Part shown: positions 26,926-35,789 of the stretch, one piece after another
Layout of the letters: each line of letters opens with the position of its first letter
How positions within the stretch are numbered: the stretch's first letter is position 1
NCBI GenBank assembly: GCA_048500275.1
Contig: JASNYI010000003.1
Span: 869,516 to 933,515 of the forward strand
Source: Thermoanaerobaculia bacterium
GTDB lineage: Bacteria > Acidobacteriota > Thermoanaerobaculia > UBA5066
Length of the DNA stretch: 64,000 bases
Direction: 5' to 3'
Translations under genes and position numbers: made by a program
The notes under the pieces: model-generated
The model's database searches: none
The model's input: the letters and a program-made list of their open reading frames with translations, nothing else
Told to the model about the DNA's origin: nothing

Positions 26926-28842
26926 ATGACGCTGCGCAGCGCCGTCCCCGCGATCTGCCTCGCCGCCCTTCTCGCCTTCCCGTCCGCGGGCCTCTCCGCC
27001 AGCCCCTGGAGCCCCGTGGGGCCTCCCGGCGGCGCGGTCTACGGCCTTGCGCTCGACCCGAAGGACGCGAGCGTCCTCTACGCCGGCGCGTTCTCCGGCG
27101 GCGTCTGGAAGTCGACGGACGGAGGCGCGACCTGGGCGCGCCTCACGGGGATGCCCGCCCGGGAGACCGTGAACGCCGTCGCGGTGAGCCCGGCCGATTC
27201 GAAGGTCGTCCTCGCGGCCGGCTTCACCGCGCTCTGGCGCAGTGCCGACGCCGGGGCAACCTGGAAGAAGGTGCTCGACCAGGGGCGGCAGCAGCCGGCG
27301 ATGACCGGCCTCGCCTTCGACCCGGCGACCCCGGCGACCGTCTGGGCGAGCAGCGACTCCGACGGCCACCCGGCCGGCGTCTTCCGGTCGACCGACTCGG
27401 GAGCGACCTGGAAGCCCGTCGACGCGGGCCCCACGAGCATCTCGCGCGTCTACAGCGTCGCCGTGTCGAACGACGGGAAGTCCGTCGTGGCCGGCTCCTC
27501 CACCGGCGTCTACCGCTCCGCGGACGGCGGGACGACCTGGAAGAGGTCCCTCGACGACGAGTCGGTCCACAGCGTCGCCGTCCTCGCGGACGGCGTCGTC
27601 CTCGCCGGGACGAACGGCGACGGCGTCCTCCGCTCGACTGACGGAGGGGCGACTTTCGCGGAGACGAAGAGCGACGCGAGGATGACCGGCAACACCGTCT
27701 ACGCGCTCCTCGCCTCGGCAAGGACCCCCGGTCTCGTCTACGCCGGCATTCCGAACCGCGTCCTTCGCTCCACGGACGGCGGCGCCACCTGGACCACGTT
27801 CTCGAGGGGCTTCAACTGGGTGAACTTCCGCTCCCTCGCCCTCGACGAGACCTCGGGCGCCGTCTACGGAGGCACGGGCCGCGACGGCGTCGTGAAGACG
27901 ACGGACGGGGGCGCCAACTGGACGGCCAGCCGGGGCTTCCAATCGCTCGAGGTGACGTCGATCCTCGTCGATCCCGCCTCGCCGAAGCGCCTCTTCGTCG
28001 GGACGACGCAGGGGGGCGTCCACCTCTCCGGGGACGGCGGCGCGACCTGGAGCCTGTCGAACGAAGGCCTCACGAACCGCGCCGCGCTCTCCCTCGCCGC
28101 CGACCCCGCCTCGCCCGGGACGTTCCTCGCCGGTACCCGCAAGGGCGCCTTCCGCTCGACGGACGGCGGCGCCACCTGGACCCACGTCCTGAAGGGAGGC
28201 TGCGAGCCGGAGGTCCAGCACCTGCGCTTCGCGCCGTCGGACCCGAAAAGGGTCTACGCCCACAGCGGGCGGAGCTTCTGCCAGGTGGCGCGGAGCGACG
28301 ACGGCGGCCTCACCTGGCGCGACCTGAAGGCCCCGCGCGACGCCAGCTCTCTCCTCGGGTACTTCGCGTTCCACGTCGATGCCGCCTCGGCGGACCGGCT
28401 CCTCTACAGCGACGACCGGGCTCTCCGCCTCTCCTCCGACGGCGGGGCGACCTGGACCCCGGCCAGCGGCATCCCGCCGACGACCCGCATCCAGGCGATC
28501 GTCGCCGGGAAGGCCGAGGGCGAGCTCTTCGCGGCGACGGCGAAGGGGATCTGGCGCTCGGCCGACGGCGGGAAGACGTGGGCCGTCGCCGGGAAGGGCG
28601 CGGAAGCCCTGAACCTGACGCGCCTCCTCCTCGACCCGTCCACCGGGACGATCTGGGCTGGCGCCGTCCGCGAGGGGATCCTCCGTTCGACGGACGGGGG
28701 GAAGAGCTGGACCCGCCTCGGAGGCGAGCCTCCGCACCCCGACCTCGCCGCCCTCGCCCTCGAGCCTTCCGGCACCCTCCTCGTCGGCTTCGAGGGAGGC
28801 GGAGTCTGGAGGCTCGACCCGGCGAAGGCCGCCGGGAGATAA
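26926..28842 (+). CDS. Secreted BNR/Asp-box (sialidase / Ycf48 / sortilin-like) beta-propeller repeat protein.
   Basis: Track ORF of 638 aa. Signal peptide MTLRSAVPAICLAALLAFPSAGLSA. More than 10 repeats of the S-x-D-x-G-x-T-W motif (STDGGATW, SADAGATW, STDSGATW …). Confidence 0.8.
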   Translation: MTLRSAVPAICLAALLAFPSAGLSASPWSPVGPPGGAVYGLALDPKDASVLYAGAFSGGVWKSTDGGATWARLTGMPARETVNAVAVSPADSKVVLAAGFTALWRSADAGATWKKVLDQGRQQPAMTGLAFDPATPATVWASSDSDGHPAGVFRSTDSGATWKPVDAGPTSISRVYSVAVSNDGKSVVAGSSTGVYRSADGGTTWKRSLDDESVHSVAVLADGVVLAGTNGDGVLRSTDGGATFAETKSDARMTGNTVYALLASARTPGLVYAGIPNRVLRSTDGGATWTTFSRGFNWVNFRSLALDETSGAVYGGTGRDGVVKTTDGGANWTASRGFQSLEVTSILVDPASPKRLFVGTTQGGVHLSGDGGATWSLSNEGLTNRAALSLAADPASPGTFLAGTRKGAFRSTDGGATWTHVLKGGCEPEVQHLRFAPSDPKRVYAHSGRSFCQVARSDDGGLTWRDLKAPRDASSLLGYFAFHVDAASADRLLYSDDRALRLSSDGGATWTPASGIPPTTRIQAIVAGKAEGELFAATAKGIWRSADGGKTWAVAGKGAEALNLTRLLLDPSTGTIWAGAVREGILRSTDGGKSWTRLGGEPPHPDLAALALEPSGTLLVGFEGGGVWRLDPAKAAGR

Positions 28843-28930
28843 CCGGCCAGCGCACCTTCCAAGACCATAATCCCCGATCTCATGCCTGGCATGAAATCGG
28901 GTACTACGTGTTGCCGGGCCGGCGGGCGCG

Positions 28931-29635
28931 TCAGCGCACCTTTCGCCGGTAGGCCGTGGCGAGGGCGTCGGCGTACTCGTTCCAGCGGATGCCGGAATGC
29001 GCGGCGACCCAGCGGACCGAAAGCTCGGGGCGGGAACGCAGCGTCCGGTAGAGCTCCCGGACGAGCTCGAGGTTCGCGATCGGGCCGTCCTTGCGCCTCC
29101 AGCCCCGGGCCTCCCAGCCCTTCGCCCACTTCGTGAGGGTGTTCACGCAGAGCATGCTGTCGGTGTAGAGGACCGCAGGAGTGCCGGGGGGGACGAGTCG
29201 GCAGCCGGCGAGGAGCGCGGTGAGCTCCATACGGTTGTTCGTCGTGTGCGGCTCGTGGCCGCACTCCTCCGCCACGGCGCGGTCCCCGACGACGTACACG
29301 GCTCCCCAGCCGCCCGGCCCCGGGTTCGGGTCGGCCGCGCCGTCCGTGAAGACCCCGTCCTTCGGCCCCGCCGTGTGGCGAGCGAGGACCGAGGCGACGG
29401 GGAGGTCCTCCTCGCGCGGCGCGGCGTGGGAACGAGCGCCACCGCGGGAGAGAGAGGCCGTGGCAGCCCCGGACTTGCCCTTGCCGTTCTTACAGGGGAA
29501 GCAGGTCCTCGGCTGCCATCCTGGGTACCGGCCCAGGACTGCTTCGCTCACGGAAAACGGGCCGCCGCACTCCTGGCAGACGAAGCTCTTGCCGCGGCCC
29601 TTCGGGGTCTCGCTCATGACCGCACTGGATACCAC
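28931..29635 (-). CDS. rnhA: Ribonuclease HI with an N-terminal Cys4 zinc-ribbon-like extension.
   Basis: Track ORF of 234 aa. RNase H core: VFTDGAADPN…GGWGAVYV…NNRMELTALL…LYTDSM…WVAAHSG…NEYADALA (DEDD catalytic residues). The N-terminal 60 aa contain CQECGG…CFPCKNG. Confidence 0.85.
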   Translation of the reverse strand: MVSSAVMSETPKGRGKSFVCQECGGPFSVSEAVLGRYPGWQPRTCFPCKNGKGKSGAATASLSRGGARSHAAPREEDLPVASVLARHTAGPKDGVFTDGAADPNPGPGGWGAVYVVGDRAVAEECGHEPHTTNNRMELTALLAGCRLVPPGTPAVLYTDSMLCVNTLTKWAKGWEARGWRRKDGPIANLELVRELYRTLRSRPELSVRWVAAHSGIRWNEYADALATAYRRKVR

Positions 29636-29808
29636 ACCCGGGAGCGCTGCGCCCCGGGGCTGGCGGCCCCGGCAGCCCCGTTCGGCACGCGGGTCAGACG
29701 TACTCGATGTCCGCCGTCAGAGCGATCATCTCCCTCTCCGTAACCGTGCGTGGAGCGAATGCTCACAGGGGACGGGTCTCCGGCCGGGTCGCCGCTTCCG
29801 CCCCCCCG

Positions 29809-32133
29809 TCACGTGGGACGCCGCCACGAAAGGAAAGCGAGAGCGAGGAACCCGAGACCCGAAAGCGCGGCGCCCACCCGGAGCGAGGCGGGCCGATACG
29901 CGAGTCGGACCCTGCTTTCTCCGGCGGGGACCGGAAAGGCGAGGAACGTGCCGTTGGAGCGTCGGACGGGGACTCTCTCCCCGTTCACCTCGGCCTCCCA
30001 GCCGCGGTCGTAACCCTCGGAGACGACGACCCACCCGGCCCCGCCGGCCCCGACCGCGATCTCCAGGACGTTCCCGGTGCGGGAGAGGAGCGTGGCTCGT
30101 CCGGCGACAGAAGGTCCCGGCAACAGCGCGCCATCGTCCACGAACGCCTCCTCGACGGACGACGGGTCTCTGGCCGCCAGGCGCCGGTAGAAGACCGACT
30201 GGCCCGGGTCGGCATGCGCGGTCCTCGCGAGCCACACGGGCGGTCGCGCGGACGGCATCTCGTAGATCCGGCCGTCCGGAGCGTCATACACGACCCGAAG
30301 ACGGAATCCGGTCCTCTGCGCGAAATCCTCGGTGTCGAGCCTCTGCGCGAGCGGGTCGTCGAGCAGGAAACGGACGCTCGCGAGCTCGGCCACGCGAGGG
30401 TTCCTGAGCCGGTCCGGGAAGACGGAATCGTAGAGGCCGCTGGCGGTGTAGCCCCCCAGGTGACGGAGAAACCGGGCCTGATCGGCGCAACCGATCGCGT
30501 CGTAGCCGAGGACGTTCCGGATGCCGTACGGGAGGTTCGTGTTCGGTGGCATCGCAAAGCCGAGCGGGAGGACCCGGCTCACGTCGCGCGTTTCCCGGAG
30601 GAAATCCGTCACTCCCGTCGGGAACCAGACGAGCCCCCTGGAAACCGAGCCGTTCCAAGCCCAGGCGACGCTCCAGAGCTCGCCCGTAACGACCAGGGAG
30701 AGGAGAAGGCTCCGCGCGACCGGGCTGCTCAGGCGCAGGACGAGCCATGGGAGCGGCGCGGCCAGCGCCGTCACGAGCGCCCCGGGTACGGCCGTCTCGA
30801 CGATCGACGACCGCCCGGTGGGAAGCAGGAGCCAGACACTGGCCGCCGCGAGGATGGCGACGGTGGCGACCGAAGCGGGCGCCAGGAGCGTGGCGCGAAG
30901 GGTGTCGGTCCTCCGACGTCTCCAAAGCCCGCGGAGACGGTCCCACCCGAAGGCGGCCAGCGTACTCAGCGCCAGCGCGGCGATCGGAAGCGATCTGTGC
31001 GTCATCGTCAGGTCGAGGAGCGGCAGCCGCGAGAGGAGCGAGAAGGGAGGGATTCCGTACGCGAGGCCCGCCGAAAGCGCTCCCGCGAGCAGCAGACCGG
31101 AGACGGGACGCAGCCGACGAAGCGCGACCGCAGCCCCGGCGAGCGCGAGGACGGAGGCGCCTGCGAAGGCGCCGAAGTCGAGGAAGCCGTGCCCGGTCGC
31201 CCAGAACGTCCGGTCCATCTCGCGCCCGAAGAAGAGCGGGACGAGCCACGTGACCGCCCGTGACGCGGGGAGAACGATCGCCTCGTGCCCGGGCTCCGTA
31301 AGAACACGGCTCCGCCACAGGTATTCGAGGAAGGGGACGAGCTGCACCGCTGCCGCAACGGTCCCGAGAAGGCCGGCTCCCCCGAGGACGAGGGACCGCC
31401 GGAGCCTCGCGCCGCGAAGAGCTCCCGCGAAGACGAGGACGGCGGCCCCCGCGTCGAGGAAGGTCGATTCCGGATGGCCGCCGAGGTGCATGAAGAGAAG
31501 CGTTGAGGCGAAGAGCACGGCGGGTCCTCTTCCGTCCCTCAGCGCGATGCGGCGAGCCGCGAGGAGAAGCACGGGGAGGAGCGCCTGGACGTTGGCGTGG
31601 GGCCACGCGAGCCACGTGACGAACGGGAGCGAGTAGGCGAACGCGATCGACCCGAACGCGCACGCCCCTCGGGACCTCCCGACCTCGCGGAGCCAGGCCC
31701 ACGTCCCGATCCCGGCGAGGACGAGCCGGCCGGCGAGAAGGAGGTTCCATCCGAGCGCCGGCCCCAGGAAGGAGAGGGCCGTCAGCGGGAACCAGGGGGC
31801 CGAGATCGTCCGTGCGGCCCCCGGCAGCCCGAGGCCGTTCTCGGGGGTCCAGAGCGGGAGCTCGCCCGACCCGACGCGCTCGGCCCACTCGACGAACCAG
31901 GGATGGAACTGGAGGACGACGTCCGTCAGCTCCCTGTTGTGGTTCGCATGGAAAGGGAAGTACGCCCCCCAGGGATAGACGGCATGAAGAAGCTCTGCGG
32001 GGAGGACGACTCGCCCCGCGAGGAGGCCGTGCCCGAGGAAAGCCACGGCGAGACAGGAGTGGACGAGCAGCGCGATCGCAAGCTCGTGCCGTCGTCCGCC
32101 CGCCGGCGCCGCTCCCCTCCCGCCTGCTCTCAC
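29809..32133 (-). CDS. YfhO-family polytopic membrane protein (glycosyltransferase-C-like).
   Basis: Track ORF of 774 aa with more than 12 TM helices. YfhO-like pattern: the N-terminal half is polytopic and the C-terminal region is periplasmic and beta-rich. Confidence 0.75.
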   Translation of the reverse strand: MRAGGRGAAPAGGRRHELAIALLVHSCLAVAFLGHGLLAGRVVLPAELLHAVYPWGAYFPFHANHNRELTDVVLQFHPWFVEWAERVGSGELPLWTPENGLGLPGAARTISAPWFPLTALSFLGPALGWNLLLAGRLVLAGIGTWAWLREVGRSRGACAFGSIAFAYSLPFVTWLAWPHANVQALLPVLLLAARRIALRDGRGPAVLFASTLLFMHLGGHPESTFLDAGAAVLVFAGALRGARLRRSLVLGGAGLLGTVAAAVQLVPFLEYLWRSRVLTEPGHEAIVLPASRAVTWLVPLFFGREMDRTFWATGHGFLDFGAFAGASVLALAGAAVALRRLRPVSGLLLAGALSAGLAYGIPPFSLLSRLPLLDLTMTHRSLPIAALALSTLAAFGWDRLRGLWRRRRTDTLRATLLAPASVATVAILAAASVWLLLPTGRSSIVETAVPGALVTALAAPLPWLVLRLSSPVARSLLLSLVVTGELWSVAWAWNGSVSRGLVWFPTGVTDFLRETRDVSRVLPLGFAMPPNTNLPYGIRNVLGYDAIGCADQARFLRHLGGYTASGLYDSVFPDRLRNPRVAELASVRFLLDDPLAQRLDTEDFAQRTGFRLRVVYDAPDGRIYEMPSARPPVWLARTAHADPGQSVFYRRLAARDPSSVEEAFVDDGALLPGPSVAGRATLLSRTGNVLEIAVGAGGAGWVVVSEGYDRGWEAEVNGERVPVRRSNGTFLAFPVPAGESRVRLAYRPASLRVGAALSGLGFLALAFLSWRRPT

Positions 32134-32244
32134 CCGTCGCCCCTCCCACTCTCACGATTCCCGACGAGTCGCGCCTCGCGGGACCGGCTCCCGCGCGTCC
32201 GTGGACCGACAGCGGCGCGAGTGTAGTGGAGCGCCGCCCCTTCC

Positions 32245-33402
32245 CTACTTCAGCTTCTCCACCCCCGCGAACTCCCGGTCGGGCCGCAGCTCGTGGAGGA
32301 CCGCGGCGTCCTCCGGCGTCGTCGTCTCCGTCACCATCCGGGCGAGGAGCGCTCCCACGCCCGGACCGAGCATGTAGCCCTGCCCGCACATCCCGACCGC
32401 GTCGACGTAGCCGGCGAGCGTCGCGCTCCGGCCGACCACCGGTGATCCGTCAGGCGTCATCGGGTAGAGGCCGCGCCAGGTCCGCCGGACCTTGAGGTTC
32501 GCGACCTTCGGCATCAGCTTCACCATCCGGCGCGCCACCATCGGCAGGAACTCCGAGGTCTCGCGGCGGTCCGTCCCGATGAGAGGCGGGTCGGGGGTGA
32601 TGCAGAAGATGACCTGGCCGTTGGCCGACTGGTGGAAGTAGTAGTTCGCCGCTCCCGGCGTCCGGCGGATGTCGACGACCATCGGGCGGAGGAACCGCTG
32701 CGCCGGCTCGGTGATCCCCGCCTCGTGCCCGTCCGGGTTCACGGGGACGTCGAGGCCGCCCGACTGCGCGAGCGACCGCGCCCACGGCCCCGCCGCGTTG
32801 ACGACGCACCCGGTCGCGTAGCCCCCCTTGTCGGTCCTCACGCCGACGACGGCCCCCTTCCTCCTCATGATCCCGGTGACCCGCTCGTTGAAGCGGCACT
32901 CGACGCCCAGCTCGACGGCGCGCCGGTGGAAGGCGCAGGCCGAGAGCATCGGCGAGGCCGACCCGTCGCCCGGCGAGAAGGTGCCGCCGAGGAGCCCCTC
33001 GGGCTCGAGGGCGGGGGCGATGTCGAGGAGTGCGTCGCGGCCGTACCAGTCGATGTCGAGGCCGGCCGCCTTCTGGACGACGAGGAGGTCCTTCAGCGTC
33101 TTCGCCTCCTCCGCGCGATAGGCGACGAAAAGGTAGCCCCCCTGGTACCACTCGAGGTCGAAGCCGTGCTCTTCCTTCCAGGTGGAGAAGGTCTTCAGCG
33201 AGTCGAGGCAGAGACGGATCTTCGCGGGGGAGGAGTGCGTGGCGCGGATCCCGCCGATCGCCGCCTTGTTGCTCCCCTGCCCCGGCGAGGCGAACTGGTC
33301 GACGCAGAGGACCTTCAGTCCCTTCTCGGCGAGGTACATGGAGGTGGGCATGCCGACGCTTCCCGCGCCGACGACGACGACGTCGTAGACGGAGGTCGTC
33401 AT
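32245..33402 (-). CDS. FAD-dependent oxidoreductase, DAO family (sarcosine oxidase beta / HcnC / OoxB-like).
   Basis: Genuine last 385 codons of ORF 32245..35772. MTTSVYDVVVVGAGSVGMPTSMYLAEKG is a Rossmann GxGxxG. The ATG (33402-33400) overlaps the stop of the upstream gene (ATGA). Confidence 0.8.
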   Translation of the reverse strand: MTTSVYDVVVVGAGSVGMPTSMYLAEKGLKVLCVDQFASPGQGSNKAAIGGIRATHSSPAKIRLCLDSLKTFSTWKEEHGFDLEWYQGGYLFVAYRAEEAKTLKDLLVVQKAAGLDIDWYGRDALLDIAPALEPEGLLGGTFSPGDGSASPMLSACAFHRRAVELGVECRFNERVTGIMRRKGAVVGVRTDKGGYATGCVVNAAGPWARSLAQSGGLDVPVNPDGHEAGITEPAQRFLRPMVVDIRRTPGAANYYFHQSANGQVIFCITPDPPLIGTDRRETSEFLPMVARRMVKLMPKVANLKVRRTWRGLYPMTPDGSPVVGRSATLAGYVDAVGMCGQGYMLGPGVGALLARMVTETTTPEDAAVLHELRPDREFAGVEKLK

Positions 33403-35534
33403 CACACGCCTCCCACCAGAGGGCCGACGGAGACGGGCGCGGCGTCGCGCGCCGGCCCCTCGCCCGTGACGACTCCCGCGAAGGCGCCGAGCGGCACCTC
33501 CATGAAGACGGGCCGCTGCGTCAGCGGCGTCACCTGCGGCATCGGGACCCCTTCCTCGCGGAAGATCCGCGCGATGAGCGTCGGGCAGGTCTTCCCGCCG
33601 CAGGCGCCCATCCCGGCGCGCGTCAGCGCCTTCAGGTGGTTCAGGTCGCGGACCCCCTCGCGGATGTGGCGGCGGATCTCCCCCGCCGTCACCCGCTCGC
33701 AGCGGCAGACGACGTCGTCGTCGTCGATCCGCGCGACGTTCTCCTCCATCGACTCGGAGACCCACGGCGCCTGCACCTGGATTCCCGCGATTCGCTTGGC
33801 GATCTCGGGGGGCGCCTTCACCTTCACGAGAAGGGCGTGGTCGGCGAACTTCGGCGCCCGCACCTTCGCGACCGGGACGTGCCCGAGGACCTTCCCGAGC
33901 GTGTCCAGGACCGTCACCATGTCGCCTTCCCGGATCGTCGTCTTCGGGAACTCGAACGGGATCGAGACGAGGACGCCCTGCGCGTCCTTCTTCCGGTAGT
34001 CGACGAGCGTCACGGCGAGTCCGGGGCAGACGGCGACGCACTGCTCGCAGGCGATGCAGGCGCTCTCGTCGAACGTCGGGACGCCGAGGATGTCGTCCCC
34101 CTCGATCCTGATCGCCCCCTTCGGGCAGATCGACGTGCACGGGTTGCAGGGGATCTCCTGGGAGCAGTGGAAGATCGGGAAGACGCCCGCCTCGTGCTCC
34201 GGGATCTCCTCGGTGATGACGGCGCCGGGGCGGGACTTCAGGATCTCCGCCGTCCGGTGCCACTCCGGCGGCACCTCGCCGACGTCGCGCCCGAGCATCC
34301 GCGCGATCTCCGTCCCGCGGATCTTCCCGGTGAACATCGCGGCGCTCGCCTCGGCGATCTCCTCCGCGTCGCCCGCGGCGAGGACGGGCAGGCCGAACTC
34401 CTTCGCCTTCCTCAGGAACTCGTCGACCGGGTCGAGGCCGACGGCGACGAGGAGCGTGTCGCAGGCGAAGGTCTTCTCCGTCCCGGGGACGACCTTCCAG
34501 GAGGCGTCGAGCCTCGCGATCGTGACGCTCTCGACCTCCTCCTTCCCGTTCGCGGAGACGATCGTGTGCCGGAGGTGGATCGGGACCCCCATCCTGACGA
34601 GCTTGTCCTTGTGGACCTTGTAGCCGCCGCACTCGTCGAGCGCCTCGCAGAGGCCGACGACCTGGATCCCCGCCTGGAGGGCGTGGTAGGCGCCGATGAG
34701 GCCGACGTTCCCGCCGCCGACGACGAAGAGCCGCTCGGAGGGTCTCACGAGGTCGCGGTTGACGAGCGTCTGGAAGGCGCCCGCGCCGTAGACGCCGGGG
34801 AGCGTGTTCCCCCGGAAGACGAGCGACTTCTCGCGCGCCCCCGTCGCCACGAGGAGGACGTGGGGACGGAGGAGGAAGTAGTGCCCGCCGCGGAGGACGC
34901 CGACCTTCCGGTCGGAGAAGACGGCGAGCGCCGTCGTCTCGGTCCAGAGCCTCACGTTCTTGTACTGCCGGACCTCGTCCTCGAGCTTCTTCCCGATGTC
35001 CATGCCGCGCGTCCCCGCGTGGCACGCCTCGATCGAGCCGAAGAACTTGTGCGTCTGGAGGACGAGCTTGCCACCGAGGGCGGCCTTGTCGTCGACGAGG
35101 ACGACGTTGACGCCCGCCTTGCCGAGCTCGATCGCGGCGGCGAGGCCCGCCGGGCCGCCGCCGAGGACGAGGCACTCCGTCTCGATCGTCTCGACGTCGT
35201 GGAAGCGGACGTCGCCCGACGCCTCGAGCAGGGAGGCCTTGCCGTCGAGCGGCTCGACCGTCATCCCTTCCGTCACCGGCACCATGCACGACTTCACGCT
35301 GAGGCCGTTCGCGACGACCGAGCACTGCGCGCACTGGCCGTTCGCGCAGAAGATCCCCTGCGGCGAGCCGTCCTTGTGGTGGTGGCCGAAGACGCGGACG
35401 CCGTTCGCGAAGAGGGCCGAGGCGATCGTCTCGCCGGGCCGCGCCTTCAGCGCCTCGCCCTTCCACGTGAACGGCACGACCGCCCCGCCCGGGATCGCGA
35501 GGATCGGGTGCTCCTGGATCCTGTAGTCCGACAT
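33402..35534 (-). CDS. Fused [2Fe-2S] (BFD/HcnA-like) plus FAD/NAD(P)-binding pyridine-nucleotide-disulfide oxidoreductase (HcnB / OoxA / SoxA-like) with a 4Fe-4S ferredoxin motif.
   Basis: Internal ATG at 35534 of ORF 33402..35768, preceded by AGGAG. N-terminal 2Fe-2S motif CANGQCAQCSV…SCMVP. FAD motif LVLGGGPAGLAAAIEL and a second Rossmann VVGGGNVGLIGA. Ferredoxin motif CIACEQCVAVCP. BFD-like C-terminus CRCERV…CGGKTCP. Confidence 0.8.
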   Translation of the reverse strand: MSDYRIQEHPILAIPGGAVVPFTWKGEALKARPGETIASALFANGVRVFGHHHKDGSPQGIFCANGQCAQCSVVANGLSVKSCMVPVTEGMTVEPLDGKASLLEASGDVRFHDVETIETECLVLGGGPAGLAAAIELGKAGVNVVLVDDKAALGGKLVLQTHKFFGSIEACHAGTRGMDIGKKLEDEVRQYKNVRLWTETTALAVFSDRKVGVLRGGHYFLLRPHVLLVATGAREKSLVFRGNTLPGVYGAGAFQTLVNRDLVRPSERLFVVGGGNVGLIGAYHALQAGIQVVGLCEALDECGGYKVHKDKLVRMGVPIHLRHTIVSANGKEEVESVTIARLDASWKVVPGTEKTFACDTLLVAVGLDPVDEFLRKAKEFGLPVLAAGDAEEIAEASAAMFTGKIRGTEIARMLGRDVGEVPPEWHRTAEILKSRPGAVITEEIPEHEAGVFPIFHCSQEIPCNPCTSICPKGAIRIEGDDILGVPTFDESACIACEQCVAVCPGLAVTLVDYRKKDAQGVLVSIPFEFPKTTIREGDMVTVLDTLGKVLGHVPVAKVRAPKFADHALLVKVKAPPEIAKRIAGIQVQAPWVSESMEENVARIDDDDVVCRCERVTAGEIRRHIREGVRDLNHLKALTRAGMGACGGKTCPTLIARIFREEGVPMPQVTPLTQRPVFMEVPLGAFAGVVTGEGPARDAAPVSVGPLVGGV

Positions 35535-35789
35535 GCGGCTCCTCGTTCCCGCCGCTCCGGCCCCGCGGAAACGCGGTCGTCGGGGGCGGGCTCGGGCGCG
35601 CTCCCCTGGCGGGGGCGGCCCAACAGGCGAGGATAAGGAGGACGGGGGCCGCCGTCCAGCGAGGAGAATGGCGCGGGAGCCGGGCTCGACCGTGAGCCCC
35701 GTCACCGGGTGAGGGGTCAACTGTGACCTGCGGCACGGAATCGAATCCCGGGCGTGGGATTCCGACACTCACATGCAGGAGACGCGAAA

